Of a stretch of DNA of 64,000 bases, positions 46,975 through 58,558 are shown in pieces. A program made the position numbers and the translations under genes. The stretch's first letter is position 1; every line of letters starts with the position of its first letter. Source of the stretch: Blepharisma stoltei ATCC 30299 (lineage: Eukaryota; Protista; Ciliophora). Under the pieces are notes generated by a model, which was not told the DNA's origin, did no database searches, and saw nothing but the letters and a program-made list of their open reading frames with translations. The stretch spans positions 434,001-498,000 of the forward strand of contig CBFDEM010000063.1 of the NCBI GenBank assembly GCA_965603825.1, in the 5' to 3' direction.

Positions 46975-48117
46975 ATGGCAGAAAGAGCTAACAGGAGTTC
47001 TAACAAGAGTGCAATCCACAATGTTTCTTCTGCAACTGTTCGCAGAAGAGTGGGGGATCTCAGCACTTCACTTCAAAGAATGAGCATCGAAGAGCGCAAA
47101 GAAAGAACAGGCAACTTCACTTACATCAGTGAAAGACCAATTGGCAATGGAAGCTTTGGTGTCGTTTATCAAGCAATGGTCGCAGAAACAGGTGAAACAG
47201 TTGCTATAAAGAAAGTTTTTCAAGACCGCAGATATAAGAACAGAGAGCTTCAAATTATGAAAGAGCTGCATCATCCAAACGTGATTGGTATGCGCCATGC
47301 CTTTTATGTAACAGGAGATAAGCCTGACGACCTTTACTTAAATGTGGTTATGGACTATATCCCTGAAACTGCATATAGTGTGATTAAACATTATAGAAGG
47401 ATGAAGCAATCAGTCCCTATCCTTTTGTTGAAGCTTTATAGCTATCAAATGATGAGAGCTTTAGCTTATATTCATCAATTAGGAATTTGTCATAGAGACA
47501 TTAAGCCTCAAAATATCCTTATCGACACAAATACACACATTTTAAAAATCTGTGATTTTGGGTCAGCAAAAAAACTTATCAAAGGAGAGCCAAATGTAAG
47601 CTATATATGTTCAAGGTATTATAGAGCACCTGAGCTTATTTTTGGATCAACTGATTATACAGGGGTTATTGATGTGTGGAGCACTGGCTGCGTAATTGCA
47701 GAGATGCTGTTAGGGCAGCCAATATTCCCTGGTGAAAGTGGCGTCGATCAACTTGTAGAAATCATTAAAATTTTAGGAACTCCAACAAGAGAGCAAATAC
47801 TAGACATGAACCCAAATTACACTGAGTTTAGATTCCCCCAAATCAGGCAGCATCCTTGGAATAGAGTTTTTAAGGCAAGAACGCCTCAAGATGCCATTGA
47901 TTTTATTTCAAGCTTGCTAGTTTATTCTCCTCAGCTTCGTCCTACCCCAATGCAAGCTTTATTACACCCTTTCTTTGATGAATTAAGAGACCAAAATACG
48001 ACACTTCCTAATGGAGAAAGAATGCCTGATTTATTTAATTTTACTCAAGAGGAAATAGCATCTACAACGCCAGATGTGATACAGAGACTGATTCCTTCAT
48101 GGTACGCAAATAGTTAA
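46975..48117 (+). CDS. GSK3: Glycogen synthase kinase-3 / shaggy-like kinase
   Basis: [61 protein letters not shown] and [19 protein letters not shown]. Confidence 0.98.
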   Translation: MAERANRSSNKSAIHNVSSATVRRRVGDLSTSLQRMSIEERKERTGNFTYISERPIGNGSFGVVYQAMVAETGETVAIKKVFQDRRYKNRELQIMKELHHPNVIGMRHAFYVTGDKPDDLYLNVVMDYIPETAYSVIKHYRRMKQSVPILLLKLYSYQMMRALAYIHQLGICHRDIKPQNILIDTNTHILKICDFGSAKKLIKGEPNVSYICSRYYRAPELIFGSTDYTGVIDVWSTGCVIAEMLLGQPIFPGESGVDQLVEIIKILGTPTREQILDMNPNYTEFRFPQIRQHPWNRVFKARTPQDAIDFISSLLVYSPQLRPTPMQALLHPFFDELRDQNTTLPNGERMPDLFNFTQEEIASTTPDVIQRLIPSWYANS

Positions 48118-48339
48118 CATGTTAAGAATAACTTTAATGTGAAAAATAATAGGCTGTTAAAGATTAAATGTTAGTTTAAGTTGAAATAATAAAAGCAGCA
48201 AAAAATTCGGCTAGAAAAAATTTTCATGCATTTTAATAAAAACTAAATAATTTAAATCCCACCAAAAATAAGCCAATTAACACAAATAATTGCTAAAAAA
48301 TACCTTATATAATAGCCTTTATACCTTATTCTTAATAAA

Positions 48340-49884
48340 ATGACTGATTTTAAGCAGCACTCTATATCCTCTTCTCTTAGTGGCGATTTTTCAATAACAG
48401 AAATTTCCTGTATGAGCTCTGAATACTACACTGAAAACGTGCTTATTCACACCGAAAGTGCTGAAGCTGAAGAAGAAACGAATTTTTTTGCAATAGAAGA
48501 AAAAAGATTAAACAGTTTAAGAACAAACTGTGAAAAAAGAATAAGCATTTTGGATGACGACGTTGAGAATAGGCCAACGACTTATTTTTATGAGACTTCT
48601 GATGAAATTTTTGGATCTCCTAGGCAGAAAAACAGTTTTGATACAAAAATGAGTACAAATGAAGAAGAAAAAGCACAAATTATTAGCAAAACGAGGGTGT
48701 TAAATGATGGAGGAAATTGTGAATTTTCATTCAGTGAAGATTTGCCAGCTGAACCTGCCGATCCAGCAGCTTTGGAAAATCTTAAAAAAGTTGGGGCAAA
48801 ACTGATTGCGTTAGCACATCGGAAATGATGCAATAAAGAAATTTTCCAAAAATGATTTTTGATGTGAAAAGACAAGGTAATTTTATATAAAACCCAAGGT
48901 AAAGCTCAAGTTTTAGAAACATTGATAACAAGCAAAGAGTTCAAAGAAAAAACGAGCCTAGAATCCTTGCAGTTAGAAGAAATTGAAGCAAATTTTAAAT
49001 TGCTAGAAGATGAGGAAAAAAATAATTTGTGCAGAAGAATTTTTATTAAAATGTGCGAATGTGTAGGAGAAGTGTATACGGAATCGTTTAAAACATGAAG
49101 GGAAAATATGATTAATAGAAGGAAATATGTAAGAGATAGATTACCTGAAGAGAATGAGATAAAAGAAACGCAAAAAGAGATAAGACAAGGAAAGATGATA
49201 AGTTATGAAGCAGAAAAGAAAAAAATTGAAGTTATAAATCGATTATTTTTGCTGAAAAATAAGATAAGACATAAGCAGGAGTCTACAAAGATGAATTATA
49301 TGCTTGAAGAATTAGAATCAGTAAAAAGGCAAGGGAGCCAAGCTTTAAAGAAATTCGAGGAAATTCACAGAAATTATTATACTTCGAATAAATCAATTTT
49401 TAATAACCTTTTAGAAAAATCGCTCACAACTGAAAAATATTCAATGTCGAATGAAGCCAAAATTAAAATCACACAAGACAATATAAAATATTTCAAAGAT
49501 ACCAATAAAAAGCAGTTTTTAGTAAAAAAACTAATTGAATCTCATGACTATCAGTATGCTTTATATATAAAATCTGAGCAAAATAACAAATCTTTCAATA
49601 CCCCATTATTAATCAAAGAACCTGCTAGCTTTACATCAAAAAAATCAACATTTTACACTTCTTCATATAAGGACTCAAATCTAAACTCGATTAGGAAAAA
49701 TATATTTTCTTCTAATAAAAAAAATCCCAAAGCAGAAATTGCGGAGCCTAAAAGACTAGTATATGAATCATCTGATGATATATATAATAAAACGCAAAAT
49801 TTCCCTGTGCTTATTCTTACAGTTTTAACTTTTTTGCTGTTTTATCTTATATATACATTTTCGGAAGTGCATAAAATTACTTAA
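48340..49884 (+). CDS. Hypothetical tail-anchored coiled-coil protein, 514 aa
   Basis: One frame through TGA 48826, 48853, 48865 and 49096 (QKWFLMWK, ESFKTWRE). C-terminal hydrophobic helix VLILTVLTFLLFYLIYTF. Confidence 0.75.
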
Positions 49885-49997
49885 TAATCCGGTTATTATT
49901 ATAAAATCTCTGATCTAATAAGAATAGATATGATTATTTCCTTATTAAATTAGTTCAAATTCATATAAATTAAATATTTAAATGAGATTTATGCTTT

Positions 49998-50255
49998 TTA
50001 ATCCGGAATATTATGCTGATATAAAGTAATAACTATATAATTGCATTTTTTCAAATCAGGTTCAGAATTAGCTTGAATTTTTTGTAATCCCCATTTTGGG
50101 CAAATTCTTTTCTAGCTTCGGCATCGTTGTGCAGTATTTTATTAAGCTGATTTATAACATATTTTAATGTATTAGGTTGAGCCAGCTGCAATAATATCTC
50201 AAGTGCTGCCAAATGGGAGCACATTTGAAAAATACATTTAAGGAACTTTTTGATA
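49998..50255 (-). pseudogene. Degenerate partial duplicate of the SPAG6 3' coding region
   Basis: Translates KKFLKCIFQMCSHLAALEILLQLAQPNTLKYVINQLNKILHNDAEARKEFAQNG, then a frameshift, then LQKIQ. SPAG6 reads KRALKSIVQMCTYLPALEPLLQLAPPNILKYVINQFAKTLPHDLAARKTFVQSGGLQKVQ. Confidence 0.88.
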
Positions 50256-50283
50256 TAAATTAATATCTAAATTATTAAAAAGT

Positions 50284-51804
50284 CTAAGATTGACCGAACT
50301 CTTCAATTTTCTTCATCAAAGTTTCTGCATAGTTAGGAGAATAATAAGTAACAATATCAGGATGATACAAATGATTAATTGCTTCCTTATATTCTCTCAG
50401 CTTAGTCCCTGGCGGTGCATCAATTTCTTGCACCTTTTGCAGTCCTCCACTCTGCACAAATGTTTTCCTGGCCGCTAGATCATGTGGCAGGGTCTTAGCA
50501 AACTGATTAATCACATATTTCAAAATATTAGGAGGAGCAAGCTGTAATAATGGCTCAAGTGCAGGTAAGTAAGTACACATTTGCACAATGCTTTTTAAGG
50601 CCCTTTTAGACTTCGCTTTTAAGTCTTCACTGCTTTGCTCATCTATATAAGCAGCTAATAAACAGTTAGGAATGTCTAATTCAGCTAAGGCTCTAGCATG
50701 ATCTGCACTATGGCGGCCAACTTGTCCTAACGACCAAGCTGATGCTGCTTTAATATGGTCTTCTCCTTCATTTTTAAGGGCGTCTTTTAGCGGTGGGATA
50801 CCTTTTGAGACTATAACACCCATAGCTAAACTTTCATCAAAAGCACCGATGTACCCTAAGGTCATAATCCCAGGAAGTCTATGGTTTCCTTTAACTTCAC
50901 TTATGTAGTCTACAATGGCTGCTGCTCCACCTGCGTTTACAATCAATTTTGCTAATGCAGGGTTATGTTTGGCGATTTCCCTAATACAAGTAGCTGCATT
51001 TTTTCTCACGTGCATGTCGACGTCTTTTAAGCAGTTAAGAATTCTTGGGAAAATTTCAGCCTCAACGACAGATTCTGCGAGTTCTGTGGTATGTTTGGCT
51101 ATTTGTGCCAAACAAGAACAGACTTGGCGTTTTAATTGTGAGTCTGGATGGTTGATGTATTGAGAAAGATGTTGAACTGCCATAGCATCGACTACTTTTT
51201 GAGCTAATTCAGCAGAATGACGGGCTATGTCACTAAGAGCGCTTGCAGCAATTCTTCTGAGTGAAAGCTCAGGTTCTTGCACACATAGGACTAAAAGCCC
51301 TACAGCTCCAGCTTCAACTACACTATTTGCTAGCTGACTATTATGTCTTGCAATATACCCAAGAGCCCAAGCTGCGCTTTCTTTGACGCCAGGGTCAAAT
51401 TCTTCAAGACAAGTTACAAGGGATTCAAGAGCTCCACTGCTTACAATTGCCTGTGCGAGCTCTGCTGAGTGTTTTGCAACAGCCCTCAGGACAAATGCAG
51501 CAGCTTTCTTGTAAAACCTGTTTTGCTCAGCTAAAGACTGGACTAGCTGAGGCAAAATGTCATGGGCAACCACTTGTTCTGCTAAATCGTCAGAATAGTT
51601 AGCTAGACGGCCAAGGGCTAAGGCGGCTGACTGTTGGATGCTTGGGACGTTATCAAGTAGTAATGGTTTTAGCAAAGCCATAACCCCTGCACTTTGTAAA
51701 GCGTCGATATTTTGTGGGCGGGTTGCAAGTTCTGCTACTGTTTGTACGAAAGTTACACGCGCTTTTTGGTACTCCTCGAACGGTTGAAGAACTGCTCTGC
51801 TCAT
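50284..51804 (-). CDS. SPAG6: SPAG6/PF16 axonemal central-apparatus armadillo-repeat protein
   Basis: MSRAVLQPFEEYQKARVTFVQTVAELATRPQNI, armadillo repeats and the YYSPNYAETL C-terminus; 506 aa. Confidence 0.97.
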   Translation of the reverse strand: MSRAVLQPFEEYQKARVTFVQTVAELATRPQNIDALQSAGVMALLKPLLLDNVPSIQQSAALALGRLANYSDDLAEQVVAHDILPQLVQSLAEQNRFYKKAAAFVLRAVAKHSAELAQAIVSSGALESLVTCLEEFDPGVKESAAWALGYIARHNSQLANSVVEAGAVGLLVLCVQEPELSLRRIAASALSDIARHSAELAQKVVDAMAVQHLSQYINHPDSQLKRQVCSCLAQIAKHTTELAESVVEAEIFPRILNCLKDVDMHVRKNAATCIREIAKHNPALAKLIVNAGGAAAIVDYISEVKGNHRLPGIMTLGYIGAFDESLAMGVIVSKGIPPLKDALKNEGEDHIKAASAWSLGQVGRHSADHARALAELDIPNCLLAAYIDEQSSEDLKAKSKRALKSIVQMCTYLPALEPLLQLAPPNILKYVINQFAKTLPHDLAARKTFVQSGGLQKVQEIDAPPGTKLREYKEAINHLYHPDIVTYYSPNYAETLMKKIEEFGQS

Positions 51805-53064
51805 TTTTTGATTATTAAGTATGGTGATTCTTCTTAAAGTAAGCTTAGAAAATCGAGAAATATTTTTAAATTAAATAATTTATTCAAAAATATGAAAGAA
51901 TTTGAGAAGAGGCACAAGGAGAAATTCAGAATTACTGAAGGGAAAATTTTTTAATGAAAAATTTTAATAAATTTTGCAGTTATGTCGAGAAAAATATATC
52001 CAAAAAGATTGCGAGGAAATTAGATAGGAGTTATAAAAAGAAAGGAGATTTTTATGAGAGTTTTAATATTATTTAGAGTATGTGAGGTGATAATAATTAA
52101 TTTAAATAAAAATACTTGGTAGAGATAATTATTTGTACAGAATTTTTATCCGGCTATCAGGTATAAATAGCTTTATTAAAAAGAATTTGTGCATTAACCA
52201 TAATAAATGAAGGATAAATATGAAGAATTAATTTTATACCTCTATTCTGATATCATAAAAAGCTGGCGATAGCGGTTTATCCTCCTGTGGTAGACGCTCT
52301 TATAGGTATCTGGACGTGTTTTTTAATACAGGAAGCGGCCCAAGCATCGTGCTAGCCTCGAAAAGACATTTCGCTGATTATTGGCCTATATGAGCAGGAA
52401 GTCTTAACTGCTCAAGCTTTTAATGTCCTATGCTGTTGAGGTTTTCTTTTGGAGCTAATCCAGAGAGAAAAAAGGAAAGATAGGCTTCTTAAAAGTGAAA
52501 ATCTCTCCAGTTTAAAAGAGCCCCGGAGAAAAGGGCGATCTTTAGGGGTTTCCAGGATCCTCACCAAATAGGAGGAGCCTAAGCTAGACTATGTTTAGAG
52601 CAGTGCTATTGGAAATGTGGACTATAAATACCTAATATATATCTTTATTTCTTATTTATGAGAAAATTCGTAATTTCTCTTTTAAGTGTTCTTATTTTAC
52701 AGTATATTTTTAATATTATCATTTTTTGCATTTTATAAGCTCCTGAAGCGAGTCTCAAAGCCAAAATTCAAAATAAAGATTTAAAAATTGTCAGCAAGCG
52801 CCAGAAACAAGCAGTTTTATTATAAATCTTTCTTTTTATTTCCTTTGATATTAAGGCTCATATAAAATCTAAACTTTGATTTTTTCTTAACTATTGAAAA
52901 ATGTGATCAATTTTTCACCAGTCATATTTAGTAATCTTGAATAATTTTTCAATTAGAAACTCAGAGAAACTCTTTAAGATATTTAATAATAAAATAAATT
53001 CAGATCCAGATGGAGTATTTTTTATTATAATAATTTGAATCTTTTAATTACTTTCAGTGTCAGA

Positions 53065-54087
53065 ATGTGTGAACCATACAACAGAAAGAGGGCGTTGAAG
53101 TCAAGAACTAATCATCATGTTGAAGAGCCAAACAAAAGATTCAAACTCTCTTCTTATGAAGAAGAGGGTGAGCGTGATCTTATTATCAGTTCATTGTCTG
53201 ATAAAAATACTGGTTCAAAAAGAAAACTTATTAATCGGTATGAAAAAGAATACCTGGACTTCACGAGTTCAGGTATTTCTCAAAAGGCACAGCTTCTTAT
53301 CAGAAGAATTGTACATTCCAAAGAAATTCCAAGCGAAATGCGTGGGCAACCCTTATTCAGACTTCTTTTAGATGTATATGAAAAGCTATCCCTAAATGAA
53401 ATTGAAGTAACTGTTTGGTCAATCTATTTAGATCGGTTTGTTTGGGCTGACCAAGAGTTCCCACTTCGTCTGCTACTAATAATTTCTGCCTATGCAGCGA
53501 AATCATACCTTAGTGATGCCCGGCACTTCTATGAGTACATTAAATCAAAAATCCCAGGTTTTGAAGAAGTTTATAGGAAATGGGATTTTAAAAACAAAGG
53601 CTGGCTTGAAGTGAGTGGAAAAGAGCTGAACTTAAAGTACAGGTACTTAAGCGAGTCCGTTTTAGCTTGCAACGAGTTCAGAATTATCGAATACAACTAT
53701 TACGTTGATGAAATTTTACAATCGTCGCCTCCCTACCGGCAAGATCTAAAGGATCTAAGTTCTGGGCCGGATGATGAATGGGACGTTCTTAATGTTGAAC
53801 TGGAATCATGCTCAACCAAAGCTTCAAATTCGTTTTCTGATAGTTTTAAATCGACAGCTGAGTATAAAAGCGCATATAGCAGCCCTATCAATCCATTTTC
53901 AAATTTTTACAATATAGGATATACTGCTATGATGTATAACCCGTTTATTTTTAGCCCTCCGGATCCTTTTTCTTACGAAATGATGAGGCCAAGACATATC
54001 CAAGTGCCAACTCAAATTTTCAAGCCGGTCCCTGTGAGGTATTTTAACCCTGTTGAGACTGGTGAGAATTTAGGCTCTAATAATTAG
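53065..54087 (+). CDS. Hypothetical protein with a cyclin-box-like segment, ~340 aa
   Basis: First ATG 53065. EIEVTVWSIYLDRFVW....PLRLLLIISAYAAKSYLSD resembles cyclin-box helices (YLDRF...L.LL......A.K). Confidence 0.65.
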   Translation: MCEPYNRKRALKSRTNHHVEEPNKRFKLSSYEEEGERDLIISSLSDKNTGSKRKLINRYEKEYLDFTSSGISQKAQLLIRRIVHSKEIPSEMRGQPLFRLLLDVYEKLSLNEIEVTVWSIYLDRFVWADQEFPLRLLLIISAYAAKSYLSDARHFYEYIKSKIPGFEEVYRKWDFKNKGWLEVSGKELNLKYRYLSESVLACNEFRIIEYNYYVDEILQSSPPYRQDLKDLSSGPDDEWDVLNVELESCSTKASNSFSDSFKSTAEYKSAYSSPINPFSNFYNIGYTAMMYNPFIFSPPDPFSYEMMRPRHIQVPTQIFKPVPVRYFNPVETGENLGSNN

Positions 54088-54434
54088 AGTAATATCAAAT
54101 TTATTTAGATCTTTTTAAATCATGCATTGTTACATTTTTATTGGAAATTTGCAGATATTATGCCTGATTTTTTTCATGGTTATTTTTGGCAAATATTTTA
54201 GTGTAAACAAAATTAAAAATTTTATTTTTATTTTCAATAGCAAAATATTTTGATCAAAATTAGAAGATAATTAGATACAAATAAATTACAAACTCTTAGT
54301 ATTCTATACTCTATTTCCCTTTTTTTAGATAATTATAAAATTAATAAGTGGCCTATCTTAATAAAGATATAATGTTAGCTGGCTACCAACATCGAATTTT
54401 CTCTCATATATCAAAAAATATTATATAAAAATAT

Positions 54435-57400
54435 TTATTGTTGTGGGGTCTTCCCCAGCATTTCACGCAGCTGATTGATTTCCATCCTCAAATAGAAATT
54501 CTGTTCCTTCTTCTCTTCCAGTTCATTTTGCAAATCAATAATCCTTTGTCTATCTTGCAGTGACGCAAACTTATGCTCCATTGGACTTGGCTTATTAACA
54601 TACCCCAAATAAGGTGTCGCTGCCTGTTCTTTATTCATATGAATTGGTTTCCCTTGCTGTTTTGGACTGATATCTCTTGCTTTTGCTGACTCCTGCGCTT
54701 TTTCTATCATCTGTTCCAGCTGTTTTATCCTAAATTCGTCTCTTTTATTTTCAAACCTTAATTTATTCAATTCTTGTATTAGCGTTGAATTTTCTTGAGT
54801 CCTTTTTCTCATGTCAACCTTAAATCTTTTCATTGATTTTTTTGAGTTTTCTCTTATTCCAGTAATAGATTTTTCCATATATCTGAGCTGGTGTTCAAGC
54901 TCTTCTATGGAATCAGCGTCTTTTCTGATTTTTGAGCCATCTTCACGGACGTAATTTTGATATAGTTTTTTAAGCTCATCTGGCCAATCGACTATATCTA
55001 ATGTAGACACAGCATGGTGAATGTCGTTTATAATGGATCTTATTACAGTTTCGACTTCATGTGTTGCAGCTTGTTGGGCTTTATTGTCAATTTTTAGCCT
55101 TCTTAATAAATCTTCTAGCTTGTTTAAGCTTCTTTCTAGCTCTTCATTGTCTTTTCTCTCTTTTTGTAGATCTGTTCTTACGTTCTTTATCCTTGTCCCA
55201 AGCATTTCGATTTCTTCTTCTTTTGGCTGCATTTCATCAAGGATTTCAAGCTTTCTTGAATGTAAAAGCTTTTTTGTTTCTTCTAAATCCTTTATTTGTC
55301 GCTTATACTCATAAATTTGGTTATCTTTTTTCATCAAAGTCTCTTCTTTCTCCTTAATTGCCTGCTCCAAATTTTTTATTTGCTGCCTCAAATTCATGAT
55401 TTCTTCTCTTTTTTTCTCAATTTTCCCTCTTTTTCGTTCAATTTTCTGTATTCCTTCCTGCTTGTCTTGGTTTGCGACAGATTGTGCTTGTTTATATTCT
55501 TTTTTAATTTTTACAAGTTCTTCATATTGTTTTTTCAGATCTTTTAGCTGAGTTTCAAACTTGTCTTTTAAGTCCAAAACCTCGATTTCGTGCTCATCTT
55601 CTTGTTGGCTTAATCTTTTTTCATAAATTTCTTTTAGCTCTTCAGCTGTTCTTTTAGTAGACTCATATTCTTCAGTTGCTTTACATAATGCATCCCTAAA
55701 TGCTTTTTCTAAGCTTTCTACAGCTTGTTCATTATGGACTTTTATATTTTTTATTTGGTCTTCATAATGCTGCTTCATTTCAACCTTATCATGTTCTAGC
55801 TGTCTAAAGCGTTCATCTTCAATCCCAAGCTTCCTTTCATACATAGTTTCTAATGAGTCTACTTCTTTATTATGATCTGCTTCCAGCTGTGCCAGTTTTT
55901 TCTCATAGTCCCTTTCTTGCCTTGTTTTCTGTGCAGACAATTCTTCAATCCTGACCTGTTGAGCTCTGATATTTTCCATAATACTGTCCCTGATCTCTTG
56001 TAGTTTCCCTTGATATTGGCTTTCTCGAAGCTTTGAGCTGCTTGTGATTGTATGGTTCATTTTTTCAAGCTCCTGTCTTTCTTGGTCTAATGCGTCTTTA
56101 AATTTATCAAGCTGTCCTCTTTCGATTAGCACGATTTCTGCAAGAGTATCGTCTACAACTCGGGCTGAAAGCTCTTTTTCTTTGCCTTCTACTGTTATAT
56201 GCTCTAAATGGGAATAGTCTAGACTTTCGTCTACTTTAAATACAAAAATAGCACCATCTTCGCCAGCTGAAAACACAAATCGTCCATCAGGAGACGCTCG
56301 CAGCTTGGTTATTGAGCCTTGATGGACATCGATTTCATCAAGCCACACTTTTTCTTTTCCTGAGCCAAAATTCAAAATTGTCCCTTCATTGGTGGAGCCA
56401 AGCAATACAGGATTTCTATGGGAGGACTGGAAAAAACAGACTTGGGTCAACGATTTGTCAATTTTTTGCAGTTTTCATTCATAGTCTGCTTTTTCAAGCA
56501 GCATTGCTTGCTGTCCTTCCCAGCCTGACGCAATAACAGTATCTTCATCTGTAATAGTCAATGAGCAATATTCAATATTTGTATTTATATGCTCTTTTTC
56601 TTTTGTCCAGGTATTTGTTGCAAATTCAAACATAGCGCCATCAGCACCTACTGTAAACAGTTTTTTGTCTAAATAGCTTCAGCACATTTCCTGGACCAAG
56701 CTTGAATGGGCGTTCATTATTTGTAAACATTCTAAAGTATAAGATTCGTATATCAATATTGTTTGTCCAGATGCTGCAGCTAGCATATGCCCACCATTAC
56801 TAAATTTTAGCACATTGGCACGTGGGGCATTGATTTCTCGGAAAAACCTTAACTCGTCATATAAAAGATGAAAAAGCCTTACACGGTCTACAAAAGAGAC
56901 TGCTATATAATACCCTGATGGATGAAAAGCTACGCTGAGAAGAGGCCGGCTGACTGCTTCTCCTGCTGGGTCCATTGTATCTCTTTCTACTACATAGAGC
57001 TTTTTCGCTAATTCACAGTTCATTGAATGGTAATTTCATATTCTAAGAGTAGCGTCTGATTCTGAGCAAGTAACCAATAAAGGCCGCTGTATAGCGACAT
57101 CCATTTCATTGATTTTTCCTGAATGGAAGCCTCCACAAAAAATATTAAATTTTACAGAGTCATACATGATTACTTGTGAAAGTGAACACGTCCCTATATC
57201 ATTTGATTTCAGGGCAATTGTCAATGTTTCTTCTGAATTAGACAAGGCAAGTGACACAATTGCTTGTTTTTTGCCACAATTCCAAGACTTTATAAAAGAA
57301 AACAGCTCTTGGGTCTGGTCTTCGAGTTCATTAGTTTCAGCTCTTTCCCACAATGAAAGAAAGCCTTCATCACTTGCCATAATAAATCCTCTCGAAAATC

Positions 57401-58202
57401 CCAGCATGCACGTAACTGATGCAGTGGTCATTGTGTCAGAAATTTTCCCTAATCCAAATTCTATATACTGGACAATCTGGTTGCCTCTGGATATAAAAGC
57501 TTCGGCCATGTCAGTAACTGCAATTACAGTGTCGTCGTCAAGCCAATCATGGTCTGTGAAATTTTGCGTTTGGGCCAGCTTGGAAAACATAGGCTGCTCT
57601 TTGAAAATTTTTTCTTCAACTCTTCAGGTTTTTCAATGATTTGGGCCTGATGTGCTGACTAAGTGGCTGTCTTTTGGATTGACAGAAATTCTTGTGATCT
57701 CGGCTCCGATGGCTTCTTTTCCGATGATTTTTTCTTTGTATCAGTCCCAGACAATCCCCATCCCGCCGCTTACACATGTAATGAGCTTTGAGTCATATGA
57801 AAAAGCAAGGGTGGAAAATTTCGCGTTTTGGTCGGGAATTCTTAGCTCACGTAGTCTTTTATATCCTCCTGGATTTTTGATATCGATAATTGTAACTTGT
57901 GAAATTTTTTCTTTATCCAAATATTCACCTACAGCTAAGAAACGCCTTGATCTTTCTTTACTTATTGACATAGCTGTAATTGCTGAGACTGAGGATGGTT
58001 CCTAATTATAAATCACCGAGATGAATGTAACTTCGTTGGTATCGAGAGATCGGACTGCTATATGCCGACCTACAGGGAACAGCACTATGCTGCTTTCATC
58101 ATCTCCAAAGCAAACTGAGTCTCGGATCCCTGCTGAGCTGAGGGAGCCAAACGCGTGTAAAAAGTCAAGTTTGACTTGTCCTTTTGCAAGTTTAGAATCC
58201 AT
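54435..58202 (-). CDS. CFAP57: CFAP57/WDR65-like ciliary WD40 + coiled-coil protein, ~1250 aa
   Basis: Five track ORFs join through intron 58002-58016 and TGA at 57741, 57633, 57624, 57036, 56679 and 56475. FHSGKINEMDVAIQRPLLVTCS..D.TLRIWNY, SVAFHPSG and FSNGGHMLAAA precede a long coiled coil. Confidence 0.9.
58002..58016 (-). other. 15-nt intron gtgatttataattag
   Basis: In-frame terminal TAG, A at position 10, GTG rather than GTA donor. Confidence 0.85.
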
Positions 58203-58558
58203 ATAAGTTTAAAAATCAAAATAATGGGAAAATTCCTCAATTGTTTTTAAATTATTTATTTAACATTTATTTAAAAATATTCATAATTCTTTTTTCTGCT
58301 GTAAATTTCCTTAAAATTCTAAATATCTAGCTAAATAATTAAAGAGTAAAATCATGGATTTTATAATAAGAATATGGTAGACTTTTATAAAAATTATTTA
58401 TAAGATAATATGGCCAGCTGTTTCAAAACTTCAAATTTTTTATATTTTTCGTTACATTTTAAACCAAATTTTAAGCATTTGTTAAAAATTTCTTTCATTC
58501 AGCTTTTCCTTAGTCATTTTTTTTTGATTTCTCGAGGAATTTATAGGGATTATAAAAT

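Noticed and set aside
48887-48908. gtaattttatat... resembling an intron donor
   Set aside because: No AG at position 15-16, and the reading frame is already open through it.
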